This document shows positions 8,425-17,903 of a stretch of 46,425 nucleotides of DNA, one piece after another. The position numbers were made by a program, and so were the translations under genes. Under the pieces are notes generated by a model. That model was given only the letters and a program-made list of their open reading frames with translations. It did not search any database and was not told where the DNA came from. Source of the DNA: Chloroflexota bacterium (GTDB taxonomy: Bacteria; Chloroflexota; Anaerolineae; Anaerolineales; Anaerolineaceae). The stretch is taken from the NCBI GenBank assembly GCA_019136215.1, contig JAGVUP010000179.1, forward strand, positions 1 through 46,425, in the 5' to 3' direction. Within the stretch, counting starts at the first letter, position 1, and every line of letters begins with the position of its first letter.

Positions 8425-9498
8425 ATGACAAACAGCCTGAAAAGCAAAAAAGGTATCAAATCAAATCGCCTGTGGCTTTTTGGGCTGTTTTTGTTTGCGG
8501 TGCTGCTGCTCTTTCTGCTAAACATCATGCTCGGCTCGGTGCGGATCCCATTCAAGGAGGTTTGGGGCGTTTTGATGGCCAGGGAGGGTGTGCGGGAAAG
8601 CTGGGAATACATCGTGCGCAACTCACGCCTGCCGCGCGTCCTGACCGCTGCCCTTGCCGGCATCGCTCTGAGCGCCTCCGGACTGCAGATGCAAACCATG
8701 TTCCGCAACCCCCTGGCGGACCCATTCATCCTGGGCATCAATTCTGGAGCCAGTTTGGGAGTGGCGCTGACCATCCTCGGGACAGGTTTCGTGGGAGGAT
8801 TGTTCCTGCCGGCGGCGAATAGCGGGGGTGAGTTTACGCTCGCCCTGGCAGCCTCTGCCGGCGCAGGCGCGGTGCTCGCGCTGATCCTTCTGGTTGGTCG
8901 CTGGGTGAAAAACCCCACCACACTGCTAATCCTGGGACTGATGTTTGGGCATGCCACCAGCGCCATCGTCAGCATTCTGATCTATTTCAGCGCCCCGGAA
9001 CGCATCCATGCCTATTCCATCTGGTCTTTTGGCTCTTATAGCGGGGTCAATTGGACTCAGTTAAAGGTAATGGCAATCGTGATCCTGGCAGGACTTGCCT
9101 TGTTGCTGCTGCTCCCGAAAGGTTTGAACGCGCTACTGCTTGGAGAGGACTATGCCCGAACAATGGGGCTCAATGTGGGTCTGCTGCGTTTCGTGATCTT
9201 ACTCAGCGCCTCTGTGCTTTCAGGCGCGGTGACAGCCTTTTGCGGACCGATCGGCTTTATTGGCGTGGCGGTACCGCACCTTGCCCGAAATATATTTAAA
9301 ACCTCAAACCATAAAATCCTCATCCCGGCAATCGTTGTCATCGGCGCTGCCGTCTCGATGGCAGCCAGTCTCATTGCCCAATTGCCTGGCAGTCAGCTCA
9401 TGCTGCCCATTAATGTGGTGACATCTCTATTTGGCGCGCCGTTTGTGGTGTGGGTGCTGCTCAAGCGAAAGCGAGGTGCCGCATCGTTCAACGTCTGA
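8425..9498 (+). CDS. FecCD-family ABC permease (BtuC-like)
   Basis: The protein is 357 aa and very hydrophobic. GSVRIPFKEVW...RLPRVLTAALAGIALSASGLQMQTMFRNPLADPFILGINSGASLG is a typical FecCD/BtuC signature region. Confidence 0.9.
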   Translation: MTNSLKSKKGIKSNRLWLFGLFLFAVLLLFLLNIMLGSVRIPFKEVWGVLMAREGVRESWEYIVRNSRLPRVLTAALAGIALSASGLQMQTMFRNPLADPFILGINSGASLGVALTILGTGFVGGLFLPAANSGGEFTLALAASAGAGAVLALILLVGRWVKNPTTLLILGLMFGHATSAIVSILIYFSAPERIHAYSIWSFGSYSGVNWTQLKVMAIVILAGLALLLLLPKGLNALLLGEDYARTMGLNVGLLRFVILLSASVLSGAVTAFCGPIGFIGVAVPHLARNIFKTSNHKILIPAIVVIGAAVSMAASLIAQLPGSQLMLPINVVTSLFGAPFVVWVLLKRKRGAASFNV

Positions 9499-10505
9499 TG
9501 CCCCCGGTGCTGCAGACCAGCGCTTTGAAGATAGGTTATAAAAATGGCAGTAGAACGCCAAAAATCATCGCCGATTCTCTGGACCTGGAGTTGCGTGTGG
9601 GGGAACTTGTCTGTCTGATCGGACCTAATGGGGTGGGAAAATCAACGCTTTTGCGCACCGTTACGGGCTTGCAGCCCAAGTTGGGCGGTGAGATATTGCT
9701 CTCGGGCAAGAGTTTGGAAGCCTATGCTCCGCGGGACTTAGCCAGCCAGGTGAGCGTGGTACTGACCAGTCCGATCTCAGTTGGAGCAATGCGCGTAGAT
9801 GAACTGACCGCCATGGGACGCTTCCCGTTTACCGGGCTTTTTGACCGGATGAGCGCGCATGATTGGGATGTGGTGCGGCAGACGCTTGAAGTGGTTGGTG
9901 TGGATAAACTCCAGCACCGCTACGTTCACACCCTCAGCGATGGGGAACGCCAAAAGGTGATGATCGCGCGGGCGCTCGCCCAGGAACCGCGGCTGATGGT
10001 GTTGGATGAGCCGACGGCTTATCTGGATTTGCCGGGCAGGGTGGTGGTTATGAACTTGCTCCATGATCTCGCCTGCGGGCACGAAAAAGCTGTGCTGACC
10101 TCCACCCACGATTTGGACCTTGCCCTGCGGCATGCCGATCGGATTTGGCTGATGGACGAAGCGGGGCAGATTCTCCAGGGCGCTCCGGAAGATTTGGTTT
10201 TAAACGGCAGTTTCGCTCAAATCTTCAACCGCGCCGGTGTGCATTTTGATCCGCATTCCGGCACCTTCGATACGCAGAGCAGCGGTATAAACCCTATCTT
10301 CCTTGAAGGGCAGGGGCTCGCGCTGATCTGGACGCGCAAGGCGCTCCATCGGGCAGGATATAAAGTGGAAGAAGCCTGGACCCCGGGCTGCAAGCGTGTG
10401 CGGGTGGAAGACCAGGGCGGCGCCTACCTCTGGCATGCGGAACAGGATGGTCAGTCTGAAACCTTTCCGAATATCCATGCACTCCTGCAAAGGTTGTCTG
10501 CCTAA
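9498..10505 (+). CDS. ABC ATP-binding protein (BtuD/FepC-like) with ~90-aa C-terminal extension
   Basis: The ATG at 9498 overlaps the permease TGA (TGATG). Motifs: Walker A GPNGVGKST, signature LSDGERQKV, Walker B LMVLDEPTAYLD. Residues after about 245 form an extra domain not seen in minimal BtuD-type ATPases. Confidence 0.9.
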   Translation: MPPVLQTSALKIGYKNGSRTPKIIADSLDLELRVGELVCLIGPNGVGKSTLLRTVTGLQPKLGGEILLSGKSLEAYAPRDLASQVSVVLTSPISVGAMRVDELTAMGRFPFTGLFDRMSAHDWDVVRQTLEVVGVDKLQHRYVHTLSDGERQKVMIARALAQEPRLMVLDEPTAYLDLPGRVVVMNLLHDLACGHEKAVLTSTHDLDLALRHADRIWLMDEAGQILQGAPEDLVLNGSFAQIFNRAGVHFDPHSGTFDTQSSGINPIFLEGQGLALIWTRKALHRAGYKVEEAWTPGCKRVRVEDQGGAYLWHAEQDGQSETFPNIHALLQRLSA

Positions 10506-10633
10506 AAAGCAACCGGAAATTTCTGGCTTACAAATCGTTTGTTTGTTTCATCACATGCTCAAGAAACCTTAAATCGTAAAGATAGCTGCATTCGTTCTAT
10601 CTTTAAGTGAGTAATTTACAGAAGAAAAAACTT

Positions 10634-11836
10634 CTAAGCAAGCGCGGAGCGGTAGATCTGGCGCAGGGATTCCGTGTAAGCCTGGGGGTCGTGTTCTGCA
10701 CGGATGCGGTCCAAGGCAGCCTGCCCTTTCTGCGCGATTACCGATGGGTCTGCCGCGATCGCCCGGATGATGCTCTCCAAACCGTCTTGAATGACCTGAC
10801 TGAGATTCTCGCGGTCTTCGGGGGTCGTGTAATTTGCTTCTCCCAAATCATCTTTTGGCACACGGATCAACCATCCGACATGGTTATTGTTGATTTCCGG
10901 CAGGGCACGCACATTTGTGGTGATTACAGGGCATCCTGCAGCCTGCGCCTCCAACACGGAAAGCCCATAGGTATCCGCCCAGGTCGGCAGCAATCCGACA
11001 TCGGCACCTTTGAGCAAGTCCAGGACACTCGGATTCGGGAGTTTTTCGTAATATTCAAGCCACTCAGGCTTCCCCGCGATGATTTCGCGCGCCCAGGCAA
11101 CGTCTTCCTCTGTTTCGTGGGCAGCATAAGAATCAATGCGGAGCGAACTGACGATCACGAGGCGAACAGGCAAGCCTTCATCATCAGCCAATTTTTGGAA
11201 AACTCGGAAGAGCTCACGCCCTCCTTTGCGGAAAAAGCCAGCTCCAACCATCATAAAACGAATGGGATGGTCGTGGTCATACTCTCGCGGGGTGACTTGA
11301 TCCACGAGCGGTTCCTGGGCGGGGTGAAGAACGCGGATTTTTGCTGTAATCGGCTGACGGAATTCCTCCGGCATTTGCTCCAGAAACCTGCGTTCAATAC
11401 CAGCCGCGTTCTCGGACCATGCAATGATCTGTTTGCAGGCGGAGCCGCGAAGCGCTTCGAGCCCTCTCAGGGTAAGACGCCCAGGCTGCACGTCTTGCCA
11501 GTAGTTTTGCTTTGCGCCGCCCAATACCTCCGCAAACCGCGGGAGGATGGTCTCAAAATGGGAAACCCAGGGGGTCTTCCCATAGCTGATTCCGTTGGAA
11601 AAATGCAGGATGTCGACCCGGTTTAAATCAAAGTCATCAAACTGATTGTTTAAATCGAAGGTCTGGATGAGCGGTTTCCCTATTACCTGATTGATCTTGA
11701 GCGCTAACGCGCGTCGGTAAGAAAATGTGTCTTTCACCGGAATATAAACCGCTTCAGGGAGCTTGTGGAGCATCACCCTAAGATTGGTATAAAAGTCCAT
11801 GCGGTAGGCAAGGGCTCCTATTCTCAATTTTTGCAT
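10634..11836 (-). CDS. Glycosyltransferase, GT-B fold (family 1/4-like)
   Basis: The C-terminal motif GLSVLEAQAAGCPVITTNVRALPEI is the classic GT4 E-x7-E region. I prefer the ATG at 11836 (MQKLRIGA...) because AAGGAG lies 6 nt upstream. The ORF track's start at 11872 would overlap the MFS gene. Confidence 0.8.
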   Translation of the reverse strand: MQKLRIGALAYRMDFYTNLRVMLHKLPEAVYIPVKDTFSYRRALALKINQVIGKPLIQTFDLNNQFDDFDLNRVDILHFSNGISYGKTPWVSHFETILPRFAEVLGGAKQNYWQDVQPGRLTLRGLEALRGSACKQIIAWSENAAGIERRFLEQMPEEFRQPITAKIRVLHPAQEPLVDQVTPREYDHDHPIRFMMVGAGFFRKGGRELFRVFQKLADDEGLPVRLVIVSSLRIDSYAAHETEEDVAWAREIIAGKPEWLEYYEKLPNPSVLDLLKGADVGLLPTWADTYGLSVLEAQAAGCPVITTNVRALPEINNNHVGWLIRVPKDDLGEANYTTPEDRENLSQVIQDGLESIIRAIAADPSVIAQKGQAALDRIRAEHDPQAYTESLRQIYRSALA

Positions 11837-11846
11837 TGGTAACTCC

Positions 11847-13100
11847 TTAAACTGTTGTTGTTCCCTCAACAACTTTGATTTGCGGCTTAGATGGTTTCCA
11901 GAGGAGCATCAAAACGATGGCGATCGCCGCCAACGATGCTCCGAAGTAGAAGGGGGCAGAAGGACCGAATCCCTTCCAGTTTCCAAAACCGCTCCAAAGC
12001 AAGCCCGCAATCAGCGAGGCGGGGAAATCTAATATTCCAAGAATCGCATTATACGTGCCATATGCTGTTCCGCGCAAGTCTTCCGGGACCAAATCCGAGA
12101 GCATTGCTTTGGCAGTGCCGTATGCCATGCCGTAGTAAAGCCCATAAGCCATATAAAGCAGCCAGATATGGATCGCATTCTGTGCCAGCGCGAAACCGAG
12201 ATAGATCAGGGCGTACATGGTCCAACCGCCAAGAATCAGTTTCTTACGCCCAATTTTATCGGAGATGAAACCTGCTGGCGTTGAAATCAGGGCGTAAATG
12301 AGGTTGAAAACCGCCAGCATCAGCAGGATGTGGAGGGCGCTCATACCGCGGTCCTGCGCGCGCAGCACGAGAAAGGCGTCGGAGGAATTGCCCAGATCGA
12401 ATATGCCAACAATGATCATAAAGACCAGGAAGTTTTTCCCGAGTCCTTTGAAACTGATTCTGGGGGCTTTGGCTTCGCCTTTGGGTTTTCTCTCTTTGGT
12501 CATCACCGCGAGCGAAATCACTGCCAGAATCGCGGGAATAATGCTGACCAAAACGATTGTGCGAAAGGTGCTCTCCTGCAGGGAAGACCCCGCGGACTGG
12601 AACTTCCAGACGACGAGAGCCGCTATCAGGATCCCAATCATCGCGCCAGCGGTATCCGCGGCGCGGTGGAGCCCAAAAGCAAGCCCGCGTTGTTCGTGCT
12701 TGACGGTGTCTGCCACCAGCGCGTCGCGCGGGGCTGTGCGCACGCCCTTGCCCACGCGGTCCGCCCAACGAATCGCGCCGATCGAGCTCCAGGTGTTCGC
12801 GAAATAGAAAAAGGGCTTTGCCAGCGCTGAGATCGCGTAGCCCGTCACCGCCAGCCATTTTCGACTGCGGAGTTTGTCGGAAAGCCAGCCGGAAAAGACC
12901 TTGAGCACGCTCGATGTAGCTTCCGCAATGCCTTCGATAATACCGATGATGTTCGTTCTAACCCCCAACACGGAGGATAAAAACAGGGGCAGAATGTTGA
13001 GGACCATCTCGCTGGAGATGTCCATCAAAAAACTGGTCAGACTGACTGCCCAGATGTTTGGATGAAGATCCCGAATAGGATTCTTAGATTTTTGTTCCAT
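11847..13100 (-). CDS. MFS transporter
   Basis: The protein is 417 aa with about 12 hydrophobic segments. An MFS-type loop motif (GWLSDKLRSRKW) is present. It lies upstream of, and in the same operon orientation as, the glycosyltransferase. Confidence 0.85.
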   Translation of the reverse strand: MEQKSKNPIRDLHPNIWAVSLTSFLMDISSEMVLNILPLFLSSVLGVRTNIIGIIEGIAEATSSVLKVFSGWLSDKLRSRKWLAVTGYAISALAKPFFYFANTWSSIGAIRWADRVGKGVRTAPRDALVADTVKHEQRGLAFGLHRAADTAGAMIGILIAALVVWKFQSAGSSLQESTFRTIVLVSIIPAILAVISLAVMTKERKPKGEAKAPRISFKGLGKNFLVFMIIVGIFDLGNSSDAFLVLRAQDRGMSALHILLMLAVFNLIYALISTPAGFISDKIGRKKLILGGWTMYALIYLGFALAQNAIHIWLLYMAYGLYYGMAYGTAKAMLSDLVPEDLRGTAYGTYNAILGILDFPASLIAGLLWSGFGNWKGFGPSAPFYFGASLAAIAIVLMLLWKPSKPQIKVVEGTTTV

Positions 13101-13272
13101 AGTATTCGCAGAATTATAGTCCTGCTGCCAATTTCCTGCGCAAGTGCAACCTGTACATTGCGCCCAAAAATAGGGTCTGAGGGAGTGAACTTTTCATTTT
13201 CCCTGTACACATTTCTCCAAACTTTTTTCCAGCCACACAGTTTCAGGTATGATTATCAGTCGAGGAGCGACT

Positions 13273-14112
13273 ATGAAACAACACGGAGAATTGGATGGCA
13301 AAACGGTCCTGATCACTGGAGCTACGGACGGAATTGGCAGAGCCCTTGCGCAGATGTGCTGGCAAGCCGGCGCGAGTCTGATCCTGCACGGGCGCAATCC
13401 CCAGAAGCTCGAATCTCTCCTAAGCACTTTTAGTGAGGGGCTTTCCGGACAGACTGCCTCCACAGTCCGCGCGGATTATTCAAGATTGCAGGAGGTCAGG
13501 GCAATGGCGGGACAGCTCTTGGCTGAGGTTCCTCGGATCGACATTTTGGTCAATAACGCTGGTCTTTACCCTTCGAAGCGGGTCATCACTGAGGACGGCT
13601 TTGAGGAGTGCAACCAGGTAAATTACCTCGCGCCTTTTCTGCTGACCTGGCTTTTGCGCCCGCTCTTGATTCGTTCCGCGCCGATGCGGATCGTTAATCT
13701 CAGTTCGATTGGTCACCGCTATGTCTGGTCGAACCTGCACGCTTCCGAAAAACATCCCTTTTATTGGCGGTGGGTGGCATACTGCCGGTCAAAGCTCAAC
13801 ATCATTCCCTGGACCCGCGAACTCGCGGATCAGTTTCGCGAAGATGGGATCACTGTCAACTGCGTCCATCCGGGCGTTATTCGCACAAAAGTGATTCGAT
13901 TTCTGCCCGTTTCGTGGGGAGCCTCCACTCAATCCGGAGCGGCAACCGTGTTCCGTTTGATTACTGATCCAAAACTGGATGGGGTCACTGGCGAGTATTT
14001 TGAACGGTATAAGATCAGCAAGCCGTCCGTTGTGGCGCAGTCCACCCGTTTACAGGCTGCGCTTTGGAGGCACAGCCTGCGTCAGTTAGGATTAAAACAG
14101 AAGGAAAGTTAG
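13273..14112 (+). CDS. Short-chain dehydrogenase/reductase (SDR) family oxidoreductase
   Basis: Motifs present: the TGATDGIGRALA Rossmann motif, NNAG, and the YCRSK (YxxxK) catalytic motif. The ATG at 13273 is preceded by GAGGAG. The ORF track starts at 13249. Confidence 0.85.
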   Translation: MKQHGELDGKTVLITGATDGIGRALAQMCWQAGASLILHGRNPQKLESLLSTFSEGLSGQTASTVRADYSRLQEVRAMAGQLLAEVPRIDILVNNAGLYPSKRVITEDGFEECNQVNYLAPFLLTWLLRPLLIRSAPMRIVNLSSIGHRYVWSNLHASEKHPFYWRWVAYCRSKLNIIPWTRELADQFREDGITVNCVHPGVIRTKVIRFLPVSWGASTQSGAATVFRLITDPKLDGVTGEYFERYKISKPSVVAQSTRLQAALWRHSLRQLGLKQKES

Positions 14113-14128
14113 CGGGAGGCGCGCACGT

Positions 14129-14896
14129 CTAACCAAAACGCCCTGTAATGTAGTCTTCAGTGCGCTGGTCGCTGGGGTTGGTGAAAATCGTCTTGGTTTC
14201 GTCGAATTCCACCAATTGACCTGCGCGGGTCTCATCCGTGTAGAAAAACGCGGTATAGTCAGAAACACGTCCCGCTTGCTGCATGTTATGTGTGACGATG
14301 ACAATCGTATAGTTTTCAGAAAGTTTGTGGATCAGGTCCTCAATCCTTAAGGTTGCAATCGGGTCCAAAGAAGCGGCGGGTTCGTCCATCAGGATAACCG
14401 TTGGTTCCACCGCCAGCGCGCGCGCGATGCACAGACGCTGCTGCTGCCCGCCCGAAAGTTCCAACCCCGATTTGCCGAGGCTATCCTTCACCTCATCCCA
14501 AAGCGCAGCCGAGCGCAAACTCCGTTCGACAATTTCTTCCAGTTTGTGCCGATCTTTCAATCCCGTCACACGCGGACCATAGGCAATGTTATCGAAAATG
14601 GATTTCGGAAATGGATTGGGTTTTTGGAATACCATGCCAACGTTCTGGCGCAACGCTACAGGATCCATCTTGAACAGGTCTTCGCCGTCAAGCAATACCG
14701 AACCCTCAGTCCGCACTCCAGGAATAAGGTCGTTCATTCGGTTAAAGCTGCGTAAAAAGGTGCTTTTCCCGCATCCTGATGGTCCGATCAGGGCAGTGAC
14801 TTTGTTTTCAGGGATCTTGATGTTGATATCTTTCAGAGCCTGAAAGTTACCGTAATAAAGACTGTAATTAATAGTAACAAGTTTCGAATCGTTCAT
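14129..14896 (-). CDS. pstB: Phosphate ABC transporter ATP-binding protein PstB
   Basis: The protein is 255 aa. [23 protein letters not shown]... and [33 protein letters not shown] form the canonical PstB sequence pattern. Confidence 0.95.
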   Translation of the reverse strand: MNDSKLVTINYSLYYGNFQALKDINIKIPENKVTALIGPSGCGKSTFLRSFNRMNDLIPGVRTEGSVLLDGEDLFKMDPVALRQNVGMVFQKPNPFPKSIFDNIAYGPRVTGLKDRHKLEEIVERSLRSAALWDEVKDSLGKSGLELSGGQQQRLCIARALAVEPTVILMDEPAASLDPIATLRIEDLIHKLSENYTIVIVTHNMQQAGRVSDYTAFFYTDETRAGQLVEFDETKTIFTNPSDQRTEDYITGRFG

Positions 14897-15819
14897 CGTA
14901 CTTTCCGTACTCCGGCTGTAAGTTTTCGGGATATAAGGTTAATGACCAGGTTGATGAGAAAAATCATCACTACCAGCACAGCCCCAGTTCCCATCGCCTT
15001 ATCGAAGGCGCGTGTGTCCATTGCGAGGTAATAAAGGTGCAGCGCGAGCGTGCGACCGCTATCCATGATGGAGGTTGGCAGCCGGTAGCTTCCACCCAAT
15101 GTGACATAAAAGACTGCGGTCTCGCTGATAACGCGTCCCACACTCAGAATGATACCCGTAATAATTCCTGGCATAGCAGCCGGCAGCACAATCCGCGAAA
15201 GCGTCTGCCATTTGGTCGCTCCGAGCGCCAGGCTTCCCCGCCGGTAGTCATCAGGCACTGCCAGAAGAGCTTCCTCGGTAGTGCGAATGATCGTCGGTAA
15301 AACCAAACACGCACCAGCCAGTGAGGCTGAGAGCAGGGAGAAGCCAAATTTAAGCGTTGAGACAAAGAGGACATATCCAAACAAGCCAAAGATGATGGAC
15401 GGGATACCTGCCAGGGTCTCGACCGCAAAATTGGCAATATTGATCATCGTTCGCAGGAATTTGGAACTCAGGCTTTGTTCCCCTGCGTATTCGATCAGAT
15501 AAACTGCCGCGCTGACGCCCAGAGGGGTCGCTATCAGCAGGGTCAGCCCGACCAGATAAAACGTAGTCGCGATGGTGGTGGAGATACCGCCTTCTCCAGA
15601 TAACCCTCCTTTTGGGGGCGTGGTCAGCAGCTCCCAATTGACTGCCTTGCCGCCCTGCACGAGGACATACCCAATAACCAGGATAAGAATCAGGACGGTA
15701 ATCAAACCAAAAAGCCACATCAGCGAGAACCAGAACTTTTGGACTCGGTGTTCCGTCTTAAGGTTGCGCGTCTTTGCGGTATGGGCTAAGGTGATTTCAG
15801 ATGATCTTTCTCCTATCAT
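14893..15819 (-). CDS. pstA: Phosphate ABC transporter permease PstA
   Basis: The protein is 308 aa with a permease EAA-type loop ([25 protein letters not shown]). It overlaps pstB by 4 nt. Confidence 0.9.
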   Translation of the reverse strand: MIGERSSEITLAHTAKTRNLKTEHRVQKFWFSLMWLFGLITVLILILVIGYVLVQGGKAVNWELLTTPPKGGLSGEGGISTTIATTFYLVGLTLLIATPLGVSAAVYLIEYAGEQSLSSKFLRTMINIANFAVETLAGIPSIIFGLFGYVLFVSTLKFGFSLLSASLAGACLVLPTIIRTTEEALLAVPDDYRRGSLALGATKWQTLSRIVLPAAMPGIITGIILSVGRVISETAVFYVTLGGSYRLPTSIMDSGRTLALHLYYLAMDTRAFDKAMGTGAVLVVMIFLINLVINLISRKLTAGVRKVR

Positions 15820-15827
15820 ACCGCCTC

Positions 15828-16733
15828 CTAACGTGCCTTTTCAGACGATCTTTGGTCGTGGGTAATGATCCAGCGGGCACTGGCATTGATGATCATAATC
15901 AATGCAAAAAGCACCACACCGGTCGCAAAAAGCGCGTTGGCATGGAGACCCGTGGCGTAATTGATCTCAACGGCGATGTTGCCGGTGAGAGTGCGGGCTT
16001 GCGATAGGAAAAAAGTCAGCGGGTTAGCCGTAAGGGGTTTGGGCATGATGACCGAGTTCCCGATTACCATGATCATCGCCATCGTCTCGCCCAAAGCGCG
16101 CCCAATTCCCAGGATGATTGCGGCAATGATGCCGGACTTGCCCGCTGGCAGCACCACTTTCGTGATCGTCTGCCATTTCGTCGCGCCCAAGGCGAGTGAG
16201 CCTTGGCGGTAGTTTTCGGGGACTGCCCTAATAGCATCCTCAGCGATGCTCGCAATGGTGGGCAATATCATGACTGCCAATACAATTGAGGAAGCCAGTA
16301 AACCGAAACCCGAGTTACCCGGCACGTTCAATTTTCGGATCATGGGCACCAGGATGACTAATCCGAACAAACCGTAAACCACGGAAGGGATGCCTGCGAG
16401 CAACTGCACAGCAGGACGCACGATGGACTGAACCCCCGCAGGGGCGATCTCAGCCAGGAAAATTGCGCAGCCCAAAGCCAGCGGAACTCCCATCAAAATT
16501 GCACCAAAAGTGACCGAAACTGATCCAACGATCATTGCAAGGATGCCGTATTGGTCCTGACCTGGTCGCCAAACGCTTTTGAACAGCATCTCGCTGATGC
16601 CAATCTTTGCCCAGGCATCGAGGCTTTCGCGGAAAATAAAGAAACCGATTGCCAGGACAATGAGGATCGAAATGATCGCGCTCGCAAATAAGACAACCTT
16701 TACAGCTTTATCAACGATCATGCGTCCTGACAT
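15828..16733 (-). CDS. pstC: Phosphate ABC transporter permease PstC
   Basis: The permease loop [26 protein letters not shown] is present. The ORF track extends to 16832, but that extension reads through a perfect 28-nt palindrome. The ATG at 16733 (MSGRMIVDK...) or at 16721 is more plausible. Confidence 0.9.
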   Translation of the reverse strand: MSGRMIVDKAVKVVLFASAIISILIVLAIGFFIFRESLDAWAKIGISEMLFKSVWRPGQDQYGILAMIVGSVSVTFGAILMGVPLALGCAIFLAEIAPAGVQSIVRPAVQLLAGIPSVVYGLFGLVILVPMIRKLNVPGNSGFGLLASSIVLAVMILPTIASIAEDAIRAVPENYRQGSLALGATKWQTITKVVLPAGKSGIIAAIILGIGRALGETMAMIMVIGNSVIMPKPLTANPLTFFLSQARTLTGNIAVEINYATGLHANALFATGVVLFALIMIINASARWIITHDQRSSEKAR

Positions 16734-16772
16734 AGGTTGTTTTTGCCTCCCGGGTTCTTTATCTTCTAATCG

Positions 16773-16800
16773 GGCGTCTCTGCGAATTCGCAGAGACGCC
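16773..16800 (-). other. Perfect 12-bp-stem hairpin between pstS and pstC
   Basis: The sequence is GGCGTCTCTGCG-AATT-CGCAGAGACGCC. No U-run follows it on the coding strand. Confidence 0.6.
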
Positions 16801-16835
16801 TCTATATTATATGTGCTACTGTGCTCTGTCACCGG

Positions 16836-17735
16836 TTATTTTACTGCAATATAACCATCTTCGACGACCATCTTCTGACCGGCTTCGCTCAGGATGAAAT
16901 CCAGGAATTGTTTGACAGCGCCGGTAGGCTCGCCGTTGGTTAGCATGTTGAGGGGGCGGACAATTGGATAGGTGCCATCGGCTGCGTTTGGCTCAGTGGG
17001 TGCCACACCGCCGATACTCAGCGCTTTTACGGACTCATCAAGGTAACCAAAGGACAGGTAACCGATGGAGTAAGGGGTTGTGGAAACGGTCGTGCGCACT
17101 GAACCGTTGGAAGGCTGCAGGATTGCGGTGGCTGCAATGACGGTTTCTTTCCCCATAACCATCTCCTCAAAGGCTGCCCGTGTGCCGGAGCCTTCTTCAC
17201 GCGAGACGAGGATGATGCTCTGGTCCTCACCGCCGACGTCTTTCCAATTGGTAGTTTTTCCGCTGAAGATGTCGCGAACCTGATCAACGGTCAGATCGCC
17301 AACCGGCACTTCCGGGTGGGCAACAATCGCGATGCCATCGCGCGCGATAACAAAGACCTGGAGGTTGGGGAACTCAGTCATTTCAGTGTCTTTGACATCA
17401 CGGGAAGCCATGCCGATATCCGAGGTGCCTTCGCCGGCAGCCTTGACGCCTACGCTTGAGCCGCCGCCCTGCACATCGATGCGGACGCCAGCATTGGCGG
17501 CCATGAAGGCTTCAGCAAGCTTTTCAGCCAAAGGCTGGACTGTGGTGGAACCAGAAAGGGAAATCGCGGATTCACCTTGGGGGGCTTCGGTGGCTTCGGT
17601 GACCTTGGGAGCTTCGGTAGCTTCTGCAACCGGAGCAGCAGGAGTCGGGGTGCTTTTGCTGCCGCATGCCGCAATCAGCGCCAGGCACATTAGACCAGAC
17701 AAAACTACTAACAAACTTTTTTTAGCGTACTTCAT
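16836..17735 (-). CDS. pstS: Phosphate-binding lipoprotein PstS
   Basis: The protein is 299 aa with lipoprotein signal MKYAKKSLLVVLSGLMCLALIAAC. SLSGSTTVQPL...GGGSS...SREEGSGTR are PstS-family phosphate-binding motifs. It heads the pstSCAB operon. Confidence 0.9.
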   Translation of the reverse strand: MKYAKKSLLVVLSGLMCLALIAACGSKSTPTPAAPVAEATEAPKVTEATEAPQGESAISLSGSTTVQPLAEKLAEAFMAANAGVRIDVQGGGSSVGVKAAGEGTSDIGMASRDVKDTEMTEFPNLQVFVIARDGIAIVAHPEVPVGDLTVDQVRDIFSGKTTNWKDVGGEDQSIILVSREEGSGTRAAFEEMVMGKETVIAATAILQPSNGSVRTTVSTTPYSIGYLSFGYLDESVKALSIGGVAPTEPNAADGTYPIVRPLNMLTNGEPTGAVKQFLDFILSEAGQKMVVEDGYIAVK

Positions 17736-17769
17736 TTTTAATTCTCCTCTATGTATTCTTACAAAATGG

Positions 17770-17827
17770 TTAATACCTAGAAATGTTAATAGACCAAGGT
17801 TAACTCCAGTTTAAATCCAAATTAAGG
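17770..17827 (-). promoter_or_regulatory. Candidate Pho-box-like direct repeats upstream of pstS
   Basis: TTAATA occurs at 17770 and 17786, TTAACT at 17800, TTAAAT at 17811 and TTAAGG at 17822. The last three have 11-nt spacing. The repeats lie 35-90 nt upstream of the pstS ATG. Confidence 0.3.
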
Positions 17828-17903
17828 CATATTTAGGGTCTTGCTATTAATTGGAATCCCCCTGGCGGCGAGCGTGTTGGAAGGCGTGTTAGAATCAGAA
17901 GCA

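Noticed and set aside
16734-16832. The N-terminal 33 codons of the 334-aa pstC ORF.
   Set aside because: They read straight through a perfect 28-nt palindrome and contain no hydrophobic segment. Internal ATGs at 16733 and 16721 precede the first TM helix.
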